From the human T2T-CHM13v2.0 reference genome, Homo sapiens: DNA of 64,000 bases. The stretch lies in assembly GCF_009914755.1 (NCBI RefSeq), contig NC_060940.1; one strand, written 5' to 3'. The position numbers and the translations under genes are program-made. The notes beneath the pieces are model-generated. The model was not told where the DNA came from. It worked only from the letters and a program-made list of their open reading frames with translations, and did no database searches. The stretch's first letter is position 1. Each line of letters opens with the position of its first letter. Positions 47,021 to 64,000 of this stretch are shown here, piece after piece.

Positions 47021-48020
47021 AACCCCACCATTCTACCATTCTCAAAGGCCTAAAAGATCCTCATAAATCAATATACACCTATCCTATAAATTATGTCCCC
47101 TTTATTTTATGTCTGAATTAACGGCTTTTTATTTCAACTCTGTACAGTCTTCAAACAACCACCTTTTAGACATTAAAAATGAAGCAAAGATATTAAACCA
47201 TTTTGAAACCATATTGGTTTAAAATACCGATATGCTGGTTTCATTTATCTTTAAGTTCTGACATTTCTGCTCAAGTACACAACTTACTATATAATCAATA
47301 TCCTATTTTATTTAGCAACATGTTCAGCAAAAGTATATGCTCCTAAAAGCAAGTTTTATCCTAACGGTAAAATTTTCATCAGTTAGATTAAATTTTTTAT
47401 GACGGTATCACACATGCTTCTTTCTCCTTATTCAAAGCAGAGTACAATGCCTGGGGTTCATTTCTTGTGTCTTTTCCACTGAACCCTCACTGGATGTGCT
47501 ATATACAGTGCAGCTAATGTCTGAGGCTGCTGAAGTGTGGCAATCTAGCTACCTCATTTTTAATTTGTTTATGTTCTTTGATATCAGGCTATCAAAGAAT
47601 ATAAAGATACACAAGTTTTCATATGAGTTCCATCTTATGCTCAGAGAAGATTACTTTCTGAGGCTTCTCCTATAGTGTGCTATTCGTAATATGTTGAAAA
47701 ACTAAAAGGAAACCCAATAATTTAAAAGTAAAATTATAAGAAATATTATTTAAAAATGAAAGAATAAGATTTAAAAATTCAGAGTGGCCTTTTGTCATGG
47801 GAGGGTAGGGGAGTTGGATGAAAGGAGGATGAGATATAACAGGATTCCCTGCTTTTCTGGTTGTTTAAGAAAGCAGTCAGACAATATATACATATATACA
47901 TACATACATACATGCTAAACAAATGAAGGATTAATAACAGTTCACCTGGTAAAGAGAAGCATTTACAATGTAAAACAATTTTATTTTTGAATGACACTTC
48001 AAATGCCCAAAAGCACTTAC

Positions 48021-48193
<173 letters not shown>

Positions 48194-49491
48194 CTAGATG
48201 TGAATTCACAGCATTCTTAATAAGTAGTACATTGTTTAAAAAAACAAAACAAAACAAAAAAAAACTCTAAAATATTTCAATCAATTCATTTTAGAATAGA
48301 TTTTTAGGCTTTTAGAAAGAGAACTGTGGCCCATGAGAATATTCATGACTCTGAATATAAAAATGGGTTTTACCTAATTATTTCAAAAAGCCAACATTAA
48401 ACCCAATAGACAACAAATTAAGGAAATAATCTCTTAAATCAACTCAGAAAGCTGTTGGGGAAAAATAAATTCTAGCACATATGCTCTAGTTATATGTAGG
48501 TATAAATGAAGACGGAAGCTTTTGCCACTCCTGAATTAGTTTTTGGCTAAAAATCTCATTCTAGGTATTCTTTGAGCCACTCAGCTCAACAGTAAGTCCT
48601 CCAAACCAAGAGCATGCACATGAAGAGCAAAGGGAGATTACAAGACCTGGTCTACAGATGTGTAACTGAAGAAGTACGATATATGAAAAGGACAAGATTC
48701 GCAAAAACTAGGATACCAGAACCAATGTATACATCTACCTAAAATTAAGCACCAAAATAACAGAAGAGAATGAGATCTTAAGGATAACAAGGGGAAGCAT
48801 CTCTACAAACTAGAATGTGTGGCTTATGAGAGGTAGATCAGCTTTAAACGTGGGCTGTGAAAAAAGACATTCTAGGTGTGGGGGCAAAGAAAAAACAACG
48901 CAGAAGCAAAACATTTCCTTGCTTTTCTAGGAAAGAGTAAACACATCAGTACAGCTAAAGGTACTGAATTCCTGTTGACTACAAGCAGCAAAGATGAAAA
49001 AAACAAGATGAGGCCAAAATCTTTATGGGAGCCTTGACTGGTTGATCTGAATAAGGGAGAAACACAAAGAGATTCAGATAAGAGATGGCACAGAGTTAAG
49101 CCATGACAGTGGGGCCAGAAAAGCCAAGTACCAGTAACAGAGGCTTCAGCAGCGCTCTTAAAGCTCCTATGCTATATTCGTACAGCCACAAAAGCTGGCT
49201 GAAGCCAAGGCTTGTCCTCCAAAGTACGATTCAAGATCTCCTGTACATATGTAAGAGGAAAATCTTTAGGAGCTTTTGGTGTTTTGTGTTTTTTTATAAC
49301 ACAACATCAATTTGCTTTAAGACTCTGAAGACTGGGAACAAAAAATAAAAATAAATAACAAAATATGTCTTTAGAAAAATACCAGCTACCGAGAGTATGT
49401 AAAGCTTTGCGAAATACGAAGCTTGCAACGTTTCTTTTAGTCTCTCCAGTAATTCTCCTGGTAACTTAAACACATCTGAAATAAATGTTTA

Positions 49492-49854
<363 letters not shown>

Positions 49855-49918
49855 TTAAAATAAATCTAGCACAATTTAAGATTTTTTCTTAACCAAAATT
49901 TTAAGAAACAGCTTTCTA

Positions 49919-50110
<192 letters not shown>

Positions 50111-50884
50111 TTAAAAAGTATCTGGTTTTCAAGCAGCATACCCTAAAACATGTCCTATATCATAAAATTAAGACTGCTAAACATGCTGATCACGATTAAC
50201 CAATACCTCTTTAATTAATACCTCCTTAATTTCTGCAGAAATTAACAGGTAAATGTTATTTCCTTACTTTTTCAGTAAATTTCATATCTATATTGTCACT
50301 ACACATGACTTAAGACTAAAATGCCACAATCTACCATTGGCCCGGCTAATCCCAGGGCCACATCTAACCATTAAAGGTGTATACTCATCTCCTCAGTGAA
50401 AATGAAACAGACCACTATCACCTGAATATCTTATTTTCAAAAGTTTATTACACCAAGTAAGTTACGAGAAACTATGACACTTGAAACAAGCTGAAATGTG
50501 CAAATGAGCCACGCTAGTCATTCACTTAACTCCAAAAAAGTGGGAAACAAAACCACTTCTCATTTATGACAATTCTCCAAATTAACCCTATATTTCCTTT
50601 TTTAAAAAAATAACCAGAAAAACAATAAAATGTGACAAATAACTTGGATCTTCCATTGTCCACTTCAGGGTATTGCCACTGCAATATATTCTTACCATAT
50701 ACTTTCCTACCAGTACAAACTACAAATAACTTGGGTAAGTCCTGTCTGTACTTACTCTACCCACCTACTAGTAATTTCCTCTGAAAATATATATTTAGCT
50801 AACAAGTCATGTTCATTTACAATAAAACATTTCTCTGAATTAGTTTTCTTGCATTATTAAAGAAATGGTATTGATAGATGGTCA

Positions 50885-51049
<165 letters not shown>

Positions 51050-51397
51050 TCATTTTAAGATATTACTGCAATCCACCTGTGGACCATTTCACAGCAAAAG
51101 ATCCTAAAAGGAGCATCTATGTTCTACCTACTTGACATTCTAGAAACTTAGAAAGGGGAGAGGGGCAGGAAAATAAAAGAACTACATTTCTGACAACAAT
51201 GAAATAGTTTATTTTCTTCAAATATTTTAAGGTACGAACGTCAGAAAGAAAAATGCGGCATTTAACCCTGGAACCTCAAATATCACTGATTATATTCAAA
51301 GGAGCAGAGGCACTGTTTTCCATCTGATTCCTCAGTTCCTCACACACACAACCATCCCCCTCACCCCATGATCTGAACAGCGGAATGAGGAACTCAC

Positions 51398-51523
51398 CCT
51401 AAAATTAGTGCTGAAAATATGAGGGTAACATCGAGCCACCAAAAGAATGCACTTAACACATTTGCAAAGCAATTCTGGTGTATCCACATTTTCAAGAATT
51501 GACTGCAGGCTGGTCATTACAAG
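51398..51523 (-). pseudogene. SMG1P: SMG1P exon 7 (126 nt)
   Basis: LVMTSLQSILENVDTPELL...FSTNFR|gtgagt. Confidence 0.93.
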
Positions 51524-51557
51524 CTTAAAAATAAAAGTTACAAACCGTGAACATTCA

Positions 51558-54630
<3,073 letters not shown>

Positions 54631-54881
54631 GTGTAAGCCAATTTTTTAGAAGAAATCTCTCCCTCTCTCTCCACATATATGCATATATGTATGTAGCACT
54701 GATCCTTGAACAGTGTATCCTTTACTCAAACTGAGAAAGAGGAATTTTTAAAACATATTTCCTATCAGTAGATAACCCCTATTCTATGATTCCCTTCTTC
54801 AAGCTCCCCTCCAAGGACATGTGTTAAAGGGACAATTTTCTTCCCAAGTATATCATGCATTTTTTCCCCCTTCATTCTTAC

Positions 54882-55095
54882 CTGCATTACAGATGAAAAG
54901 GCTTTCTTTTCTCCTACAGTCTCTAGTGCTTTGTAGGTGGCACATAAGTAGAGGAGTTTAACTTCATCTTTTGCAGATGAGCTAAATTTGCTAAAAATCC
55001 ACTTGAAGATCTTCTCAGCCTCATAGCTCAGAGAAGCACAAAGAAGGCCGAGACAGCAAGCTCCCTCCTGTCTCAACTCCTGAAGCAATTTGCTA
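54882..55095 (-). pseudogene. SMG1P: SMG1P exon 6 (214 nt)
   Basis: SKLLQELRQEGACCLG...AFSSVMQ|gtaaga. Confidence 0.93.
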
Positions 55096-55841
55096 CTGTG
55101 TTTATTTTAATGCAAACAAAAAACACACACAAAAGGCTTAAGTTTTCTATGATGACACGAGTAATACATCTTACAAAAGAATGTCTTAAGTGGTTTTTTA
55201 AATTTCTATTCAAACTACATAAAAGGTTGAAATTTTCTCCACTCTAAATACTACATTCTGTCTAGCCTGCATTGCCCTCAAGTATCTGTCTGACATCACT
55301 TTCTTTTTACAAAATCAATTATTTACAAACAGTGAGGGAAGGCCCAAAAATGCTAAATTCCATCTCAAACTGTATTAAATAACTCTCAGAAAAGGGCAGC
55401 AACAAATAAGTAGATAAAACACTCTATACATAACTACATTCTACATAATATCCAATATGTAATGACTATAAAATAAAAAATGGTAATAGTTAAATACAGA
55501 AACTTAAAAGGATAACAGTAATGATTTACATAGAACTTTAATAAGTAACTCTATAAAACAAAACCATCAAAAGGCACTAAGGTTTATGACCAGCTGAGAT
55601 AAATTTTGGGTACTTGCCAACACTGCAAATCTTTGGGAATCACCATAACAAAAAATGACCACACACCTCTGGAGACTCTAATAGCCAGAGAATATATGGT
55701 TTGGATCCACTCTTACCCAAAGAAGGAAATTCCTTTTTACCTCTATTCTCTAAGCAGTTTCAAATTCTCTTGTTTACAAAAACTAATTTTATTCTTCATG
55801 CCTGCATCAAGAGTTTATGCCATTCCATAAGTCAAGACTCA

Positions 55842-56272
<431 letters not shown>

Positions 56273-56373
56273 TCATAAACAAAGCCAGTGGGTTTGTCTT
56301 CTTGTGTATTGTTAAGTAATTTCTAAAAATATATTTTAAAGTCATTTAAACCGAACCATTATTAGTTACTTAC

Positions 56374-56429
56374 CTTTCATTAAGCACATCATGTACAGCA
56401 GCCAAGATATCCAATTGTTTAACTAGTAC
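56374..56429 (-). pseudogene. SMG1P: SMG1P exon 5 (56 nt, 3-nt in-frame deletion)
   Basis: VLVKQLD-ILAAVHDVLNE; AG/GT intact. Confidence 0.9.
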
Positions 56430-56959
56430 CTTTAAAAGAAAACACATTTATAAAAACTTCAAATTCCTATACTTTTAAGAATAGCATTGTGTACTTTTTT
56501 ACTTGTCTTCCCTCCAAATTCTAATTCAACAGTACTTTACTTTCTTTATTATTCCCACTCCCCAATGAGCATGTATCAGGAATGTCATGTTTCCTTTCAG
56601 CCTATGAAAGAAATTCACCCACTGGAAACATAGAGCTGTGATCATCAACAAAAAAATAAACTCAAAAAGCTTGTTTCATTTACTTTGAAATCCATTTGAA
56701 AAATTGACTGACGGATGGAGGGATAGATGGAGAGATATGTGACAAGGCAGTATTTAGGGTAAAATGTTAACGACAAAAATTAGATGATGGGTTTAACAGA
56801 TTCAATGTCAAATTCTTTCAACTTGCTATATATTTGAAACTACTCATAATAAAATTTGGAAGGAGGAGAAACTTGCTTTGATCCAAGTGTCATCTGCCTC
56901 ACTAGACCATTTTCATTAATTTTCTCCTGCTCATTGTCAAGTTCTTTTTTTTTTTTTAA

Positions 56960-57118
<159 letters not shown>

Positions 57119-57124
57119 TAGTAG

Positions 57125-57253
<129 letters not shown>

Positions 57254-57384
57254 TAATTGGTGTAAAGAAAGTGAAGAAAAAAATTTAACCCTTCCTATAC
57301 TTTGTTACATTTCTGTTGTTGTTTTAAGAGACAAGGACTCCCTCTGTCGCCCAGGTTGACATGCAGAGGTGTGATCATATCTCA

Positions 57385-57606
<222 letters not shown>

Positions 57607-57724
57607 TTAAGTTCTTGATCATCATAATACAGACTTTCCCCATTCTTAAACTACTCAAGGTAGCATTACCTAGTTTATTATGGAAACACAAAAATCCTCA
57701 TATTTCCAAACATACTATACTTAC

Positions 57725-57861
57725 CAGCTTATTTTCTGGTTGCTGAATAAATTCTTTCAACTGCTTTACAGTAGCCAATCTTCGGTCTCGGTCGTTTTCC
57801 CGGGTGATCCTCCGAAGAAGATATGACAGTCGAGACTCATCACAATAAGACATCGATCTCT
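57725..57861 (-). pseudogene. SMG1P: SMG1P exon 4 (137 nt)
   Basis: cacag|...|gtaagt; RSMSYCDESRLSYLLRRITRE...QPENKL. Confidence 0.93.
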
Positions 57862-57963
57862 CTGTGAATATATAAACATTTTGTTGTCCACTGAGTATAA
57901 ATAAGCAAAGGAAATTTTAAATTTTAAAATAATTTTAAAATTTTTAAAATTAAAAATTATTTA

Positions 57964-58305
<342 letters not shown>

Positions 58306-58879
58306 TCAGGGAATATAGGTCCTATCGCTCTTTTGTTCAACTCTGTATTCCAAATCCCAGCAGAGTGCCTGGCACATAACAGACCCTCAAAAAAATATTT
58401 GCTGAAGGAAACAAGAAATGAATAACCCTAGGCCAACTGAACACCTCATTCCAGAGGACTGGCTGGGAGAGAAAAAAGAAAGGCCTTAGTAACAACTTTC
58501 TTTGGGTCCATTCCAAACTGTTTTCAACATGCAGGTAAAGAGCCCGGGTGTAGGTAAATTAAACAACTTCCAAGGGGTATGGATAAAGTCTCAATCGAGT
58601 AAAAACAGGATATAGGCTTCTACTTATCATCTAGGTATCCCACTGGAGGAAAGCCTCTTATTCACATTATCATCATTTCCCTGGGATGAAGTTTTGGGGA
58701 GCCATAATCACACATTTAGTTCAACAAATGTCTAATTATCATCTACCACATGCAAGGCATGCCTCCACTAGAAAGGTAGCAAACCACAACTTTTCTCCCT
58801 TTATTTTTTAATCACAAGAACAAGCAAACAATAGTGAATACTATTAGTATATTAACGATGCCTTTAAAAACTAGATTTT

Positions 58880-59820
<941 letters not shown>

Positions 59821-60344
59821 GAAACTACAATGACTGAGAGAAGAATAGGATTTTTACAAATCCGTAGCCCATAGAGTATTTCAATAAGGACAGATACCAA
59901 ATATGTCATCAAGTTACCAGCTGGGAAATTAGGCTCTACTTACAATTCTGTCACTAGCAAACTACATGACCCTGAGCCTTTGAAGAAGAGGAATTCTCTA
60001 CTGAACTACTTTAGAGTCGCTGTTTAGCTTCTATAATATCATAAGTCTAAGGCTTCAAACACTCTATTTTAACAAACAGCATACATAGCCTTTGAATTCA
60101 TTCCACTTGTGAAAACATAAAAAGAAATCAGTTTTTTAAAAGTTATATACCAACAATAAAAGCTACAGGCACAAAGATTTTCACCAAGATACACGAAGCA
60201 CACACACAGTATAAAAAATAAAAAAAAAAAGTCAAAAACTAAACGTCCAAAAAGTAATTACATCTGACAAAGCCCATAACTCAGCTTTACCGATAAATTT
60301 CTCTTTAAGGAAAAAAATTATCATTACCTCTAATCCTCTGAACT

Positions 60345-60646
<302 letters not shown>

Positions 60647-60745
60647 AATCCTCTGAACTTCCAAGGCACTCACCTATACAGTGAGGCTATGTCATAAGGC
60701 AGAAATGCTATCAGTGTATTTAACTTTAGAAAAGTGCCCACTCAA

Positions 60746-61243
<498 letters not shown>

Positions 61244-61610
61244 GACAGAAAAGTACCCCCTCTCTACATATATCTATATCCTCCACAGGCCCAAGAGTTC
61301 AAGGACTTGCTGTAGTAGGAGCCTACTATGCACTATACATTCAATATCCACGATAATTGGGTAAACCTTTTCTGTAAGATCTTATCCAGTCTTCTAATCT
61401 TGTTTTAAGAGAATTCTCTTTTAAAATGTACTATAGCCTTTCTAGTGGGAAATTAACAATTCACAGGAAAAGAATGTAAACAATTTTTACCTGCACAGTA
61501 GACTAATCAACTTATGCCTTTGCAAGGCATTAGTAAGAGGCATCCAGAATAAGAGGAGATACAAGTCTTTGGAAGGTGTATGTGATTGGTCCCCGTTTTC
61601 CCAGCCTTAC

Positions 61611-61766
61611 CCTGTGATTTCCTCATGTCTTTGGTGGCTAAAGCACAACTGCCATGCTGAACACTGGTGAACTCAGGGCTGGTCACATTGTTAACCCTCA
61701 GCTCTTGCCCCAATGACTTCCGACCATAAGTATTTTCCCCAGATCCCCCATTGACACCGTAGCCAC
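61611..61766 (-). pseudogene. SMG1P: SMG1P exon 3 (156 nt)
   Basis: gtag|...|gtaagg; GYGVNGGSGENTYGRKSLGQE...DMRKSQ. Confidence 0.93.
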
Positions 61767-62350
61767 CTACAAACAGCCATGTGTACGTCATTTAAATATG
61801 ATTGTTCGTTTCATTCAGTCAATTTCCTGATAGCTCAGGATCTTATGACTCAATCTGCAGCTCAACCAGCCTTTGCTTCTCCTACCTTTTTCCTGTACTG
61901 TCTGCCTTGAAAATCATTTTCATTTCTTTTAATACACCTTTGAAGTTAAATTAATTTTATTTTGATCCCTTCATTGGAAAATAAGCAAAGAAATGAAAAC
62001 TAAATTAAATCAAATTTTGCACCTTGTTTTAAAACTTTCTTGAAGTTTAGAGACAGTAGCCAAGAGGAACTTCAACCTTAGCTAAATATTTTTGAAAATA
62101 AAAACAAAAATAGTATTGTATCTTTTTTGTAAGAAAACTGCATTGATGAATTATGTATGGAAAAATTTTAAATTTTAAAAATAATAAAGTGGATAAACGT
62201 CCTATGAAGTTTTCAGAAATAACACTGCATTTGTTATTCATATTTTAAATATATTAGAAGAAAGCGAGAAAGTTGGGGGTGTAAGAAGGCAGGAAGGTGG
62301 GATAGGTAGGTTCAAAAAACATGCTTGTAGCAATAAGAAAATATATATAC

Positions 62351-62514
62351 CCTTTTCGTCATTCTGTATGTCAGCGTGGACTCTGGTATCATCGTGCCTT
62401 TGCCGAGACACCACAGCTGAATTTGAAGGTTGCAGTCCGTAAGAGGAAGAACCACCTCTATCTCTGGATGAAGAATATTTTAAATTACCTGGGTCGGCTG
62501 ATGCACTATCAGTT
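62351..62514 (-). pseudogene. SMG1P: SMG1P exon 2 (164 nt)
   Basis: tatag|...|gtatat; TDSASADPGNLKYSSSRDRGG...IQNDEK, open. Confidence 0.93.
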
Positions 62515-62778
62515 CTATAAAAAGAGAAAAGTTTAAGATTAGAACTTTAAATAACATAAATAAATCTTTCTTTAAACAAGCCTCTCTTCTCCCAAATTTT
62601 ACATTTAACCATTACTATTGTATTTAGTGTAATATGCACTATATATTATATGTAAGCACTCAGCCGTCTAATAAGAAGTCTTTCACTGGGAAGAGAGTCT
62701 CAATGGACGAAATGCCAACTTTTCACTCTCTTCTACTGTTCTAAAGACCCATTCAGAAATATGAATAACTACTGGGAT

Positions 62779-62850
62779 TAGGGTGACTTTGCTGGTTTTA
62801 GCATTGAAAGTCTCCTGTCCCAGGCAAAACAGGACAATTGGTTACTCTGG
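62779..62850. mobile_element. MER81-like (hAT-Blackjack) relic
   Basis: tagggtgac...ggttttagcattgaaagtc...ggacaattggttactct. Confidence 0.65.
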
Positions 62851-64000
62851 TCCAGTGTTCTCCTCACATGACTTGATAATAAGAATAATTCTTTCTAAAT
62901 TCTCCCCCATGGAGACGGTTAATCAGTCAAAACATTTCAGCCTTTCCTGTCATAAAAATAAAAAACACTGGCAGCATGTCAGGGACGGGCAATGTCTTAC
63001 CAAGTTATTTTCTAAGTACTGATTAGGTACTGTAGTATTGAAGACCCCATTGAAGATGCCTTAATTGTAAAGAGTAGCAATCAAAATTTTAAAAAGTAAA
63101 AAAGAAGACATTTTAAGAAAATAAAAGGTATCAGAAATGCAATAAAGTTATATCAGAAAGTTGTAGTTCGTAATCTATTTAAAATTCAGGTACTGTTTAG
63201 AATAATACCTGATGCTTATTAGTAAACAAGTAGGGTACAGCCAAGGGTAAAAGTGTGTCCTCATCTAAGTATCTGCTCTATGCTTCAACTGCCTCATAAG
63301 TAAAACAGAGCTTAGTTACAAGACTTCTCATGAGTGTTACTCTTTCAGCCATCAATCATAAACTATCAAGAAAGAAGACAACAAAATAATCTGTTATAGC
63401 ATATGAAAAATCCAAGTAAGTTCTTCCCCTACTGATTTTCTCCTGAGAGGAACAATTTTGAGGAAAAAAAAAAAGAAAAAGAAAAAGAAAATCACTTCTA
63501 TGATATTTACTAAAAATGCTTTCTCAACCTTTTAGAACCTGAATCTTTTAGAAAAGTTTAGGACACTGGCAAGGCCAGAAACTAACCTATTCCTCTACGC
63601 TTTGCCCCTCCCTCTATGGTGTAAAAGTGACAGCAGTGTTTGTATACTGTATATATTTCGTTTAGAGTTTATTAGTCTTTCCTTGCTCCCAAAAATACTA
63701 AACATAAAACTTTGCATGAGCTCAATCAGTTGGACACCTTGATCTGCACTTACTGCAATCACTGTTAATACAGAATGCAGACAATAGGTCCAATTAAACT
63801 TGGATATCTAACTGGTACAAGTCATTACTTATAAAGGATCTCAATCTGAAACTTCATGAAATTCAAAACCTAGCATACTAAAATGACTAAGGCTCCATAA
63901 GGAGTATCTTCTAATATTCAGAGTTCACTTATTCATAAAGCTAAGTACTTCGAACATAAGGGAAAATAAAATCTATGGAATTTCAAGAAAAATGTATGAG

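Overview
Human (great-ape) genomic DNA, repeat-rich, with the architecture of a chromosome 16p segmental-duplication cassette; I cannot tell which paralogous copy it is. The right two-thirds (25390-62514, minus strand) is an unprocessed partial SMG1 duplicate (SMG1P). I traced 28 consecutive exons (parent exons 2-29 by recalled numbering). They carry only two ORF lesions (1-bp deletion in exon 10, TGA in exon 27), two in-frame deletions and one dead splice donor, and there are no kinase exons. About 22 kb downstream on the same strand lies the MVKLSIV start exon of an NPIPB-type gene (3297-3454), a recycled ACSM1-like exon, followed by the ACSM1-like terminal exon (1012-1098). Between them are nested Alu/LTR47/THE1/MER41/MER4/MER1B elements, an L1PA, a HERV-H 3' remnant with two LTR7s, and possible decayed plus-strand exons. 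Best leads: exon-10 skipping would restore a ~1200-aa kinase-less SMG1 frame; an intact 839-codon internal SMG1 ORF; an NPIPB start codon formed at a destroyed splice acceptor; and a possible 68-aa ACSM1-derived microprotein. Parent-gene comparisons are from memory and need alignment. Repeat boundaries are approximate. Most ORFs in the supplied track are Alu artefacts.
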